A stretch of 63,055 bases of DNA, counting the filler, from Reticulomyxa filosa (lineage: Eukaryota; Protista; Foraminifera), in the NCBI GenBank assembly GCA_000512085.1. It is 19 parts of 19 records of this genome, joined end to end, with 100 filler letters (N's around TTAATTAATTAA, not from the genome) between each part and the next. Parts side by side here need not be neighbours in the genome. Positions count along the whole stretch, not along the records: positions 1 to 1,634 come from ASPP01010853.1; positions 1,735 to 5,402 come from ASPP01015097.1; positions 5,503 to 14,053 come from ASPP01005357.1; 16 more parts are not named here. The stretch is one strand, 5' to 3'. Numbering within the stretch: position 1 is the stretch's first letter; each line of letters begins with the position of its first letter. Shown here piece by piece: positions 1-11,472 of the stretch. The notes under the pieces were generated by a model, which was given only the letters and a program-made list of their open reading frames with translations, was not told the origin of the DNA and did not search any database. Position numbers and translations under genes: made by a program.

Positions 1-112
1 TATATATATATATATATATACATATATATGTTTATATATTAAAAAGGTTGTATGGTACATTATATCAGTCTTTGACTTTTGTTGTCAAAAAAAAAAAAAA
101 AATGGACATATG

Positions 113-625
113 TTATTTGTTCCAGCAACTGTGAATTGAAGTAGCTTCCGAAGCGGTGACGATACTCGACCCGGAATGCATTTTATATAAATGACCTTTG
201 ACATTACCTACTCCGCCATTGTGACCATTCACATTTGTGTTCGTATATGTAGGCAAACTATTGGAGCGTGTGGAGTCATTTTGTGCAGTGTTGAAATATG
301 CTTCCGGGGAAACAACACCTTGATTTAAATGTGTTGCCTCTGCTGCTTCATCCTTCTCAACTTTTATTGACGCTACTACTTTGCCCAAGCTCTCCTTTTT
401 TTGTGGTACTTCCATTGCACTATTACTTAAATTTAAATGATCCATTTCGTTTTTCTCGCTCCTCTCTTCTTCTTCTTCTTCTTCTTCTTTTTCAGTCATT
501 GTCGAGGGCGCTACGTCTTGCTTTTTGCCTGCTTCTGTCATCATTTCTGTTTTTTCCTCTTCTACCTCTTTTTTTGTCGGTACTCGGTTTGAGTGGGATT
601 GTTCAAAACTCACCTCCTTGCTCAT
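113..625 (-). CDS. Hypothetical acidic low-complexity protein (possibly a first exon)
   Basis: 170-aa ATG-initiated ORF with coding-like composition and a poly-E tract. No family recognised. Confidence 0.5.
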   Translation of the reverse strand: MSKEVSFEQSHSNRVPTKKEVEEEKTEMMTEAGKKQDVAPSTMTEKEEEEEEEERSEKNEMDHLNLSNSAMEVPQKKESLGKVVASIKVEKDEAAEATHLNQGVVSPEAYFNTAQNDSTRSNSLPTYTNTNVNGHNGGVGNVKGHLYKMHSGSSIVTASEATSIHSCWNK

Positions 626-1183
626 TATGTTAAGGTCGTTTTGCGTCTGTTTTATTTTTAAATTATGGCTTTACTGTTTTTTGGACACGTGGCTAGTCAA
701 TTCTTCTCAAAGATTATTGTTGTTCACAAGTAACACTATTTTTCACTTTAACTGGATAGCCAAAAGATGTTTTCATCAATTATTGCGTTTCATTGCAACA
801 AAAGATTTTCACACTACAGTGCTGCCCTACGCCAAGAAAGCGGGAAAACATAACCGCAAACTTACAACTCCATCAGTACAAACATATTGCCATCTATTGA
901 TCCTCTTGTCTATTTTTTAATATTTAATTAGTAATTTATGGTACTTTGTCAATTTCAGGATTAAATAAATCCAACGGGTGTAATAAGTTATATACTGAAA
1001 ATGCCAAAGATACATGGAGAAGAAAAAAAAAACGAACGTTAAAAAATATGGCCCAATAATTGGAGTGCATATGTTTATATAACTTCTGCCACAAGTAAAA
1101 AAGTATTCTTTTTTTCTGCGTTGTCTTCGTCCCAAAAAAAAAACTTTGAAATAGTCCCAAGGATAAGTGGGCTCATCTAAGCA

Positions 1184-1634
1184 ATGTTGCATCCCTTTTC
1201 CAGTGTTACGCCGAGTGACCATCACATGAAATCGACCTCTTCAAATAGAAGCAAAGGAAAGCAAATGGATCAGACAAGCCTTTCCACAGCACCAAAAAAA
1301 GTGGCAATGGTTCGGCGTAACACAGGGTACTACAACAACAGCAACAACGGCCAGCCATCGGACATAATATCACAAAAGGAAGAGCAATTGGACAGCAGTA
1401 GTGGCAGTGCTTACCAGTGGAAAAAGAGGAGTAGCTTAACCGCCGGGGGTAGCACATGTGACAGCGAGTCATTTACAGTGACGTGCTCGAACGGCAATGA
1501 AAGCCATCACCACCATGATAATGAAGCGAGACTGCTGGACCATGATAGCGATATGGATTCCGAAAAAGAAATGGAAACCTACCCATTTCTGGCAAAGCAC
1601 AGACACACTTTGACCGACGTTATAATTTCAAACG
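1184..1634 (+). CDS. Hypothetical Ser-rich protein, 5' part (runs off contig)
   Basis: Open frame to the contig end, GC-richer than its flanks and divergent from the 113-625 ORF. No family recognised. Confidence 0.5.
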
Positions 1635-1734
1635 NNNNNNNNNNNNNNNNNNNNNNNNNNNNNNNNNNNNNNNNNNNNTTAATTAATTAANNNNNNNNNN
1701 NNNNNNNNNNNNNNNNNNNNNNNNNNNNNNNNNN
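1635..1734. other. Artificial contig-joining linker (first of 18)
   Basis: 44 N + TTAATTAATTAA (stops in all six frames) + 44 N. The same 100-bp block starts at 1635, 5403, 14054, 17640, 23270, 25842, 31129, 34913, 39548, 43542, 45013, 46154, 47947, 52826, 53940, 56728, 60511 and 61617. Confidence 0.98.
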
Positions 1735-1812
1735 AAAAAAAAAAAAAAAAAAATTATTAATTTTTTAAAAAAAATTTTTTTTTTTTTTTTTTAACAAAAA
1801 AGTATTGCACAG

Positions 1813-3516
1813 TTTTCACGCAAAGACGCAGAAAAGATGAGCGAGTACGACGACTTCCTAAGTCATTTCCGTGATTTGTTACAGCCGCTGCTGGACGATG
1901 CACCCCCTCCAGGAGTGTTGAGCTACAACATTGACGGACTTGGATACGACGTCGATGGGACAAAGAAGAGCGAGAAGAAAGGGAGACGTCTGAAGGAAAT
2001 CTACAAAATGCACGCGTCGCAGTATTACCAATTGTGGCAACAAATGCGAAAGAATAAAGACCGATTGCCCGACTTTTACGAGTTTATGACGGCGCCGGCG
2101 AATGTGATACTGAATCGATGGTTCGAAAGCGACATTCTGAAAACCACGCTAGCCACCGACGCCGTGATCGGCAGCATTCTCTCGCCCGCAGATCCTGGGT
2201 CGGCCTATGTGCTGTTGCATCATGTCATGGGCGAAGTCGAAGGACGACAAGGCGTATGGGCATACTGCCAAGGAGGCATGGGCTCCATCACAAAGGCCTT
2301 GGCTCAATGCGCAAAAGATCACGGCGCACAGATCCTCACCAACGCCACCGTCGATCGCGTCCTGCTGCACAAACACTTGTCCACTCCTCCAAAGATCAAA
2401 GGCGTTGTCATGAAAGATGGCACGCCTATCTATGCCAAAGTCGTCCTAAGCAATGCCACGCCCTATCATACCTTTGTTGAATTGCTGTCCTCTAAAAATA
2501 CCACGTATACATATCTATATATGTGTACATATATGATTTTTTTTTTTTTTTTTTTTTTTTATAAATATGCAAATAAATCTATTTCAATGGACTAAACAGA
2601 GACGACGTAGACGATGCGGCCATTCGTGCACTAATCCCACAGTCGTATTTGCAGACCATTGAACACAGCGATTATGCTTGTGGCGCGTTCAAAATCAATT
2701 GCGTGGTCGATCAACTGCCCAATTTCCAGTGCATTCCCAATGAGTCGTACAAGGCAAGCGATGGTCAGCTGCGGTTCAAAGTCGGGGATCAACACAAAGG
2801 CACTGTCCACTTTGAGTCACGCTTGACCGAACTCGAGGATGCCGCTAAAGAAGCCAAACGTGGCATTCCTGCCACTAGGTTGCGTTTTTGTTTTGTTTTC
2901 ATTAGAGAAGAAGAAGAAGAGAGGAGGGGGTCGTTATTGCATGTTTGTGCATGCTGTACCTTTTTAACGTATACGTACATATATGTGTGTGCGCATAATT
3001 TTTTGAAACAATATACTGTACATTTGGATTCACAGACCTGTGATCGAAATGACAATTCCCAGTAGTTTGGATGACACATTGGTGCCGAAAGACAAACTTG
3101 GACAACACCACATTGTTCAATTGTTTGTGCAGTATGCGCCGTACGAATTGAACAAAGAAGAGTTGGGGGTATCCAGCTGGGACGATGGAGACTTCAAACA
3201 GCGATTTGCTGATCGCGTGTTCCGCATCATTGATGAATTTGCTCCCAATTTTAGTCAATCTGTGTTGCATCGCGATTTGTTGTCGCCAAGAGATTTGGAG
3301 CGGGTATTTGGCCTTCACAAAGGCAATATCTTCCATGGCGCCTTGTCTTTGAACCAAATTGGCTATTGTCGACCTGTTTCAAAGTACAGCAGCTATAGAA
3401 CACCTATCGAAGGCCTATATTTGTGTGGAAGCGGTACACACCCTGGAGGTGGTGTCATGGGAGCACCCGGAAAAAACTGTGCAAAGCATGTGCTGTTTGA
3501 TTTAAAAATGTACTGA
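1813..3516 (+). CDS. PYROXD2: PYROXD2-like FAD-dependent oxidoreductase (phytoene dehydrogenase family), 5'-truncated, 3 exons seen
   Basis: Exons 1813-2504, 2600-2878 and 3036-3516 splice in frame across GT-AG introns. Motifs: LKTTLATDAVIG, GSAYVLLHHVMGE, WAYCQGGMG, RPVIEMTIPSSLD, GNIFHGAL, YRTPIEGLYLCGSGTHPGGGVMGAPG. Confidence 0.9.
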
Positions 3517-4521
3517 TCCCATATATACATATATGCATCTAGCGCGTGTGGTAGGCGTTTCTTTTGTAACAATAGCCACGAAATACAAAAATGACCTTTG
3601 TATACAACATTACTGATCAACGGTCTTGTGTAAGTGATAATAATTTTTTTCGTGGGTAACATTGTACTCATTTTTACCTTGTAAAAAAAAATAAAGAATA
3701 AAATAAAACTACATACACAAAAAATGTGTAACTTTTTCAATAAACTCATATGGAGAAGGAAGATCATTTATTTTGGAAGTTTTTTAAATTAATTGTCATC
3801 ATGGATTGTTCAAAAACAAGTAACAAAAAATGGTAATACATCGACAAAGCATCCACTTTATCGCAAACACTGAGCTAGTAGTTGTGTTGAAACAAAAGTC
3901 TACTTTTATAACTAAGAAGATGATGTTCTTATGAAAAATGACTATCTGTATGTCGTTCTCTTTCCTTTAAACCATGAAACAGTAGTTATTGCACATTTCT
4001 GATCGACCAAAAAATCCAGCAAAAAGCGAAAATCTAGGACTTGGTGTCAAAGGCACAATATTTTAATAGAAGCGGTACTAATTTTTTCAAAAACAAGACT
4101 TTGCATCGAGACGAATAACAAAATTAGTTGAATAAACGCTTCAAAAACAAAAACTATCATATAGAAAAAAAATGCTACAAGTAAACTTTAACATAAAGAA
4201 TATCATAATGCAAACGAATGTTTTTCAAATTTAATTAAAAAAAATATAATAATCACTTCAAACTTTTCAGAAAAAGTTACTTAAGAAAATTTTTGTTTGA
4301 TTTTGTTGTAGATACATAGAACAAATCACATAATATATTTCATCTATGTTGTAATATCTTATCTTTTACATTTATTTGAAAAGATATACATTCAATTTTT
4401 TTAGCTGACTTTTATAGTATGCATTTTTTTATAACAAAAATTTTACACTATCAAACTGTAAAGAAAAAGTAATCTATTTAACAAACACATATACTTGTGT
4501 TTAAAAGAAGCTTTTATGTGT

Positions 4522-5121
4522 TTAATACTTGGTGGTATCGCCACTGGCCTTTATCACAGCATGAATGAACTTAAGCATTGAAGCAATAAGCATATCACAC
4601 AAATAACTTTCAATATAGTCAATTGATTGCTAAACTCATCAAATAGATTTTCATGAACTATGCTTTCTGTTGATATTCATGTTTGTTTGAACTATTTTTT
4701 CCAATTTTGGACAGTCATCACGCCAACCTTGAAGTGCTTTGCCAATTTTTGCATAGACTTTAAACCCAAAAGCGTTTGCATAGATATTCCCTTTGTAAAC
4801 TAGTCAAAGTGTTTCACCAGAATGCTTTTTACTTTCTTCTGTGTTATTTTGCGTTAAATACTTTAATATTGGTCAGTATAATTAATTTTAAACTTTTTAT
4901 TTAGTAAGATAGTTTTTTTGAAGATGAATTTTCAAACTCCTGAGGAAAAAGAAGGATGCAGAACTTTTCAAATAAATGCAAGAGAAAATATATTATGTAA
5001 TTTGTTCTATGTATCCACAAAATTATTTTATTTTAGCTCTTTTCAATAAAAATATAAAAGTCAAATACTAAAAAAGCAAACATTTTTTTGGGTGTACTGT
5101 TTTTTTTTGCAAACTACTGTA
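4522..5121 (-). mobile_element. Internally deleted Tc1/mariner (IS630-Tc1) relic with one terminal inverted repeat
   Basis: The minus strand reads an HTH-like KLAKHFKVGVMTVQNWKK*FKQT..NINRKHSS joined to a Tc1-type C-terminus LIASMLKFIHAVIKASGDTTKY*. An upstream end reads TA|CAGTAGTTTGCAAAAAAAAACAG on the minus strand (5121-5097). Confidence 0.65.
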
Positions 5122-5196
5122 CTGGATAATTCAGTTTGCAAGTTTAGTGTTGGTGTGTATTGCATATTTAAAAAATTGCATTTTGTTTTTTTTTAG

Positions 5197-5220
5197 TACA
5201 GTAGGTTGCAAAAAAAACTG
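5197..5220 (+). repeat. Tc1-like terminal inverted repeat, second copy
   Basis: TA|CAGTAGGTTGCAAAAAAAACTG is near-identical to the reverse complement of 5097-5121 and to 31038-31061. Confidence 0.6.
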
Positions 5221-6035
5221 ATAAACTTCAATAAAAGAATATAATTTTTCTCAAAAACTAAGAAAGATACAAGACTAATTTTTTTTTTAAACATATCTAC
5301 GTGACTTGAAGATTACTAAAAAATAAACAAAAATATTATAAGATATCATGGTGCAAATGCAAGTGCAAACTATTTAAAGCTTCACAAAATTTTAAAAAAT
5401 CANNNNNNNNNNNNNNNNNNNNNNNNNNNNNNNNNNNNNNNNNNNNTTAATTAATTAANNNNNNNNNNNNNNNNNNNNNNNNNNNNNNNNNNNNNNNNNN
5501 NNATTTATTTAAAAAAAGACAAACAAACAAATGAAAAATAAAAATGTCAAGGTTTGTTGTAAATAACAATATATTTAAAAAAGATATTATTCTTGTCTTA
5601 CAACCTTGTTTTTTTTTTGAATGGTATCTTCTCTGGTGTTATCAAAGGTTAACACCAGAGTTGTAAGACATTCAGTCTTTATAAATATATAAAAACTTAA
5701 CTAGTTTGAGAAAAGGAAATAAACAAACAAAAAACAAAACAACAAAGCAGTCCCTTTTTTTAAATATATTTTTCAATAAAATGAAAAAACAAATTTTGTA
5801 ACTCAAATATGTAATTCTTACAAAAATTAGCTGAAATATTTACAGTTTATTTAATTATATCTTTTTTAAAAAGATTTTGTCATTTAACCAGAATTTGTAA
5901 TTGTTTATTTATTTTCATATACAATACAAACTTAAAAAAAATATTTAATCATGCCATCCAAGTCAATACTTGAAAAAAATATTTAAAACAATGTGTTTGG
6001 CTCTTTTTTCAATATTTCTGCAACAATGATGTACA

Positions 6036-7519
6036 GTGAGTTCTGAATTTTCAACAAGTGAAAACAAAAAGAAAAAGTTGAAACTTTTGGGCGACCAGAC
6101 ACTGGTGCTAAGAGAACAGAAATACCTTTATTACGACGAAACGCATCAAAGTAATTATACAACAAGTTTTAGAGCTAACCCTGCTGGGAATGGGAATATT
6201 CTACCTGTCGCATCAGAAAAAAATATAAACTACAATAATATTTATCTTCAAAAACATAAGCTCACTGGAGGAATGAATTCGTTTGGAATACAAACGTTGA
6301 AGCATGAAAAAGACATACAAAAAATTGAAACTACGAACTTGGTAATAGTCAAGCTAAGCTATGTGTATTTTCACGTGGTCTTTTTATTGATTAGCGCAAC
6401 ACCAAAAAACATATCAATTACAAATTTGAGAAAAAGATGCCAACATATGATATAAAGACAGAGAAAGAGCTAAAATTAGTTTTGAAAAATTGGATGACTT
6501 TATGTTCAATCGAATCCGGATGGATTGATGAATTTGACAAAATTATTTCGCGATATGTTGAGTGTTCTAGTCACATTGACTATCGTGTTACATTTTTTTT
6601 TGACAACAATGATTGCAAACACCAAATATTTTAACAGGCCAAATACTTTAAGTTTTTAAAGACTTTTCAAGGGCCTTCTGGATGTGCTTGTGGTGTAAAA
6701 TTTTCACTGGATGGCAAGCAAATTGTTTCCGCGACCAATGACAAAAAAATAAGGATATGGGATGTAGCCTCAGGAAATGAATTACAAATATTGAAAGGAC
6801 ATCCACTTCGTGCCACTTATGTACAATTTTCGCCAAATGCTAAAATGGTCGTTTCATGTTCGGGAGACAAGACAGTCATATTGTGGGATGTTGTTTCAGG
6901 GCAAGAGATCAAAAGATTAGAGGGACATTCCGGTAATGTAAGAAGTGTTCAATTTTCACCTGATGGTGACACTGTTGTATCATGTTCATTTGATAATTCA
7001 ATTCGATTGTGGGATGTTGATTCTGGAAAAGAAATTAAAAAAATGGAGGGGCATTCCCATTTTGTAAATGATGTAAAATTTTCAAAAGATGGGAAAATGC
7101 TTGTTTCATCCTCATTAGATAAAACAATTGGAATATGGGATGTGAAATCAGGTGAAAGAATAAAACATTTGAAAGGGCATTCAGGTGTTGTGTGGAAAGC
7201 ACAATTTTCGCCAGATAGTGTCTCCATTGTATCTTGTTCAAAGGATAAAACAATTCGAATATGGGATGTGGCATCAGGGAAAGAAGTACGTAGATTTGAT
7301 GGATATCCAAGCTGGGTAAGTGATATTCAATTTTCGCCAGATGGTCAAACTATTGCATGTTCAATGGACAAAACAATTTTATTGGTTCTTATGAAAACAG
7401 GATTAGAAATACAAAAATTGGAAGGTCATTTTGATAGTATACTTGGCATAGATTTTTCGCCAAATGGTAAAACCATTGTATCTTCATCTGATGATGGAAC
7501 TATTCGATTGTGGGGATGA
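6036..7519 (+). CDS. WD40-repeat protein with an N-terminal W-box exon and about 7 WD repeats
   Basis: Exons ~6036-6341, 6458-6556 and 6638-7519 are phase 0 and in frame. Repeated GH...V.FSPDG..IVS.S.D.TIRLWD units, ending TIRLWG*. The true start is uncertain. Confidence 0.85.
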
Positions 7520-8425
7520 CGAAATTTAAAAAACTGACAATGTTTTAAAAATTGTGTGAACAAGTTCAAATGAATTAAACTTTTTTTAGCAAGAATAATA
7601 AATTTGTTTCAGGACAATTACCATTTATATCTCTTTTTTGTGTTCTTAGTTTAAATGTAATTCAGATCACTTTTTTAATGCGATACGATTCAGATATACA
7701 TTACTATGGCATCATTCTGTTTTTTCATTTGTTTGAAGTGGAAAAATCTTCGTTTAAACTTTAACATTTTTAACATAAAATTTACTTTGTCTTGATTTTT
7801 TCAAGATTGAGACTTAGTGACGAATGTACTCCCATACAAATTGCAAAAACGATATCTCTACACCAATAATACAACAATTTGCCAAACATAGATCAGTCCT
7901 TCAAACCCTTTTTCACAATGATTACTTGCTTATCTCGTCCCAAAGGCATAAAACAGTCAAGTGAATTAATGAAAAATATGCATCAGTTGGATTAAAATAA
8001 TTTAGTTCACAAATTTAAATAAAAATTACTGATTCAAATGTTTTAATTTTATTGAGTTTTTTTTTAAAATAAAACTTTTAATCAAATATTGGATGTACTG
8101 AATTTGATGTATCATTTTGTTTTGACAATTTTTTCATTTTAGTGATGTTCCTTAATTAGCTCAACACTTAAAAAATATCTGGCAAAGTAATCATAAAAAT
8201 TAAAACATTTTCTTTTTTAAAATCATTTCATATTTAAAGATTTCAACAAATAATGCTTTTGTGTTGAAGTAATTTGTTTATGATTTTTCGCTCAAACCTT
8301 TTTTTATAGTCAAATTTTTTTAAAAAGAATATGATTCAATCTGAATTTGAATACCATATTTATTTAATTCAAGACAAAACTCAAAGTGCAAAAACTTTTA
8401 AAAAAATTAAAATCACTTTAAGTTG

Positions 8426-9750
8426 TTCAAAAACTTTTTAATTTTTCTAAATAGTAATTAGGATAAAGATCTAAATCTCTATCAACAAACAAATAAGAAT
8501 AATTTGGAATATTTTGATATTGGCTTATAATCGATCATATGTTATTCCATTCAAAGCAGTTACAAGCTCACTCATAATTGAATTTGACAATGGGCATACA
8601 AATTCTTTTGGAATATCTTGTTGTTTAGAATCTTTATCAGAATCAATATCAATGATTGGATATTTTGAACAAATTTCATTAAATGCATTATAAATATTAC
8701 AAGCTTGAATAAACATATCAAAACGAAATAAACCCATCAAACTGTTTTTTGATATCTTTGATAAAGCCATTCCATCAATTTTTTTATTTTGAGCAATCAC
8801 ATTGTATTGATTTATTTATTATTTGTTAGTTTCAAAGTATATTCAATAAAGCTTGCAATATCTTTTGAATCCCATGTATTCCACTTTTTTCCTAACTTAG
8901 TCCACTTTTTTCCATCCAATTTTGACTTTCTTCTAATCTTTTTTTAATTGGATATTGAATGCATTAAATTCTTTTAATAAATTGTTACTAATTTTATAAA
9001 TTTCGTTTATTGTGTATTTTTTTGCTCAATTTGTTGTGTCATACTGTTCAATCCTCCATAAAAATATATAATCATAAAGATCTATAAATGAATACATATT
9101 GGCATCCTTTAGGGTATGACAAATTGATAATTTTTCATAATCAAATATTTTATTTTGTTCATCATATTTCATTAATAATCCTGTGTTACGACAAAACAAT
9201 ATAAAACGATTGATTAATTTTTCATCATCCCTTGTAAATGGCACAAAACAATGATGTTGAAGTCCAAATATGTGTTTTCTCTTGGAATTGTATTATTTTT
9301 AATTCCATTCAATGATTTCATCGTTTTCAAATCAATCGCTTCAATATTTTGTGGATGATAAGCTATCAACAATAAATCATTATTTATTCCACCAATCAAT
9401 CCACGTGCTCTTAACTCATTATCAATTTCCCATACACTTTTATACCTAATCTAAAATGTTTGTTTTATTTGACCTTTACCTTGTCCTCCAAAAGATAACA
9501 AATAAATTTCATTGGGATTTGTTTGTGAATGATTCAATTGTATAACACAATGTCCATCAAACTTAATATCATTTGGATAAGAGCAGACGTACTTATACTG
9601 CATCATTCTAGTGTGATACGAGTAACAGTCGTTAGTTTCATAGCCTCCACAAAGAAGAAGTTCATGTTTGAGAAAAATACATTGAGAAGCTGCAAAAGAT
9701 TTTGGTAATTCAGGCAAAATTTCAAAGATGTCGTTGACTTGAACGGACAT
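8426..9750 (-). pseudogene. Kelch-like / SAM-like / U-box fusion pseudogene
   Basis: Kelch-like N-terminus (ELLLCGGYETNDCYSYH, LLSFGGQG). The frame is broken into fragments 9451-9750, 9214-9399, 9026-9244 and 8525-8800. The last fragment has a SAM-like KIDGMALSKISK followed by the U-box IPKEFVCPLSNSIMSELVTALNGITYDR, interrupted by a stop. Confidence 0.75.
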
Positions 9751-11472
9751 GTTAGATGAGCATTTTTTTCTTTTTTTAAAGTGTCTCGACAATCCCCCCT
9801 TGGTCTTGTTTTTTTCAAAATATTAGTTCTTTTGTTTTGAAATTTTTTTTGGTATTAATTTATTGTGATTTTTGATAATTAGAGAATACTCTCAATTTGA
9901 GGCCGCTTGAGTGGAGAGTTTTGATTTTGGATTTATCGTGGGCAAGGGGAGGTAGAATAATTGAATTGTAAAAAAAAGTCAATGATGTCTCTTCTTTTTA
10001 ATGTTTAGTACTTTGAAAAAAAGCACATTTTTTTGTGTGTCTTTTGAATGTAACACAAACTGAATGTGTAGATTTGTTTTCAGACTCACAACTGTTTTTC
10101 AAAGAAAGTATGCAAGATATTTGCAGAATTATATACATTTTATTGGGAGATTGACGTTCTTTGTAGATATTTTTGGTAAGTTTTTAATTAGTTGATTTAA
10201 TTGATTATTTATTGTCTGTGTTATAAAATAAAAACAAAACATTTTTTGTTGTTTTAAAATTAGTATGTCGTTATTCATTATAATTACTTCCTTAATTTTT
10301 TTATTCTAGTTATCTTTCTTCTTTTAAACAAAAAACGACACTACGTGGAATAATTTCAAAAGATTTGCTCGTGTTTTTTGTTGGTTTTTTTTTTTTAGTG
10401 TAATTAAATTTATAAATCTTCGCCTAAATTTTCTTTCACGTTGGAGCTGCAGAGATTTTTTTACACAGCTAAAAACATTACTAAACTAGATTGCAAAAGT
10501 CTTCAGTCTTAGAAAGTGATCGAATAAAGAAAAGCTTCACCATAACGAAAAGTATAGTGGCAAAATGTTGTGATCTGAATAAAAGGTTTTGCAAAATTGC
10601 ATAAAATCCTGCTTCTGTAAAATTGAATCATTTATTCAAACTTCAACTTTTTGAGTTTTATTGTACATATATCATTTATCTATATTATCACGTTTTCATT
10701 AAAGTTTCCAATGAAAAGGACTGGCATTAGGACTTTAGAATGATCTAAACTTGTCCATTTCGAATGCGCAATCCTGAGGAAATTTTTTTGAAAACGTATT
10801 GCCAATGATTGGTGCTTTTGTTAGATTAGGATGTAAACCGTAAATGAATGAAACATACGTTTTAACTAACAACACTGATTCAATTTTAGAATTTTTTAAT
10901 TCTAAAAATCTTTTCTTATGTTATTAATAGTGTGTTTTCTTTTGATTTACCATTGGTCGAGTTTTCATTTTTGGAGACTAAGTCAGTCAATCGTAACACC
11001 AAATTTAGTTCATTGTAATGTTTCATAAAAGAAAGTTCAATTATGACATTATCTAAGCTTTTCGTTCCGACCACAAATTGAAGGTTTCAAGTTGGTATAA
11101 GGCAGTATCTAAAATGACCACAACAATTTCCAATTTTTTATTTTTAATCAAAAATATATTGAGAATTTAATGGGACATCTAAATGATGGACAAGTGTCAG
11201 TGATATTAAAAGTTCATTAAAAAAATCTTATTACAAATAGTGAAAAAGCATAGTCATTAACACATTTTATTGTGAACAACAAAGTGAAAACATTGTTTGA
11301 AGAGATTGAATTACGTTCACTGAAGCCAAAAAATGTATGTTCAAGGTGTCAAAAAAAAAAAAAAAAGGGGGAGGCTAAGAAAAAATCTGAAAAACATCGA
11401 TGAAAGTAGACCCACCCTCATAAATTCTCTCAAGTAATATTAAAACAGCATTTCTTAACAAAAAAATCACAA

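Noticed and set aside
1679-1690. TTAATTAATTAA repeated 18 times between N-runs, resembling a spaced repeat array
   Set aside because: It is an artificial all-frame-stop linker, not CRISPR or a biological repeat. ORFs ending in XXXLIN are artefacts.
8426-9750. Stop-codon reassignment as an explanation for in-frame stops in family genes
   Set aside because: The stops co-occur with frameshifts and deletions, and conserved genes end normally at TAA, TAG and TGA.
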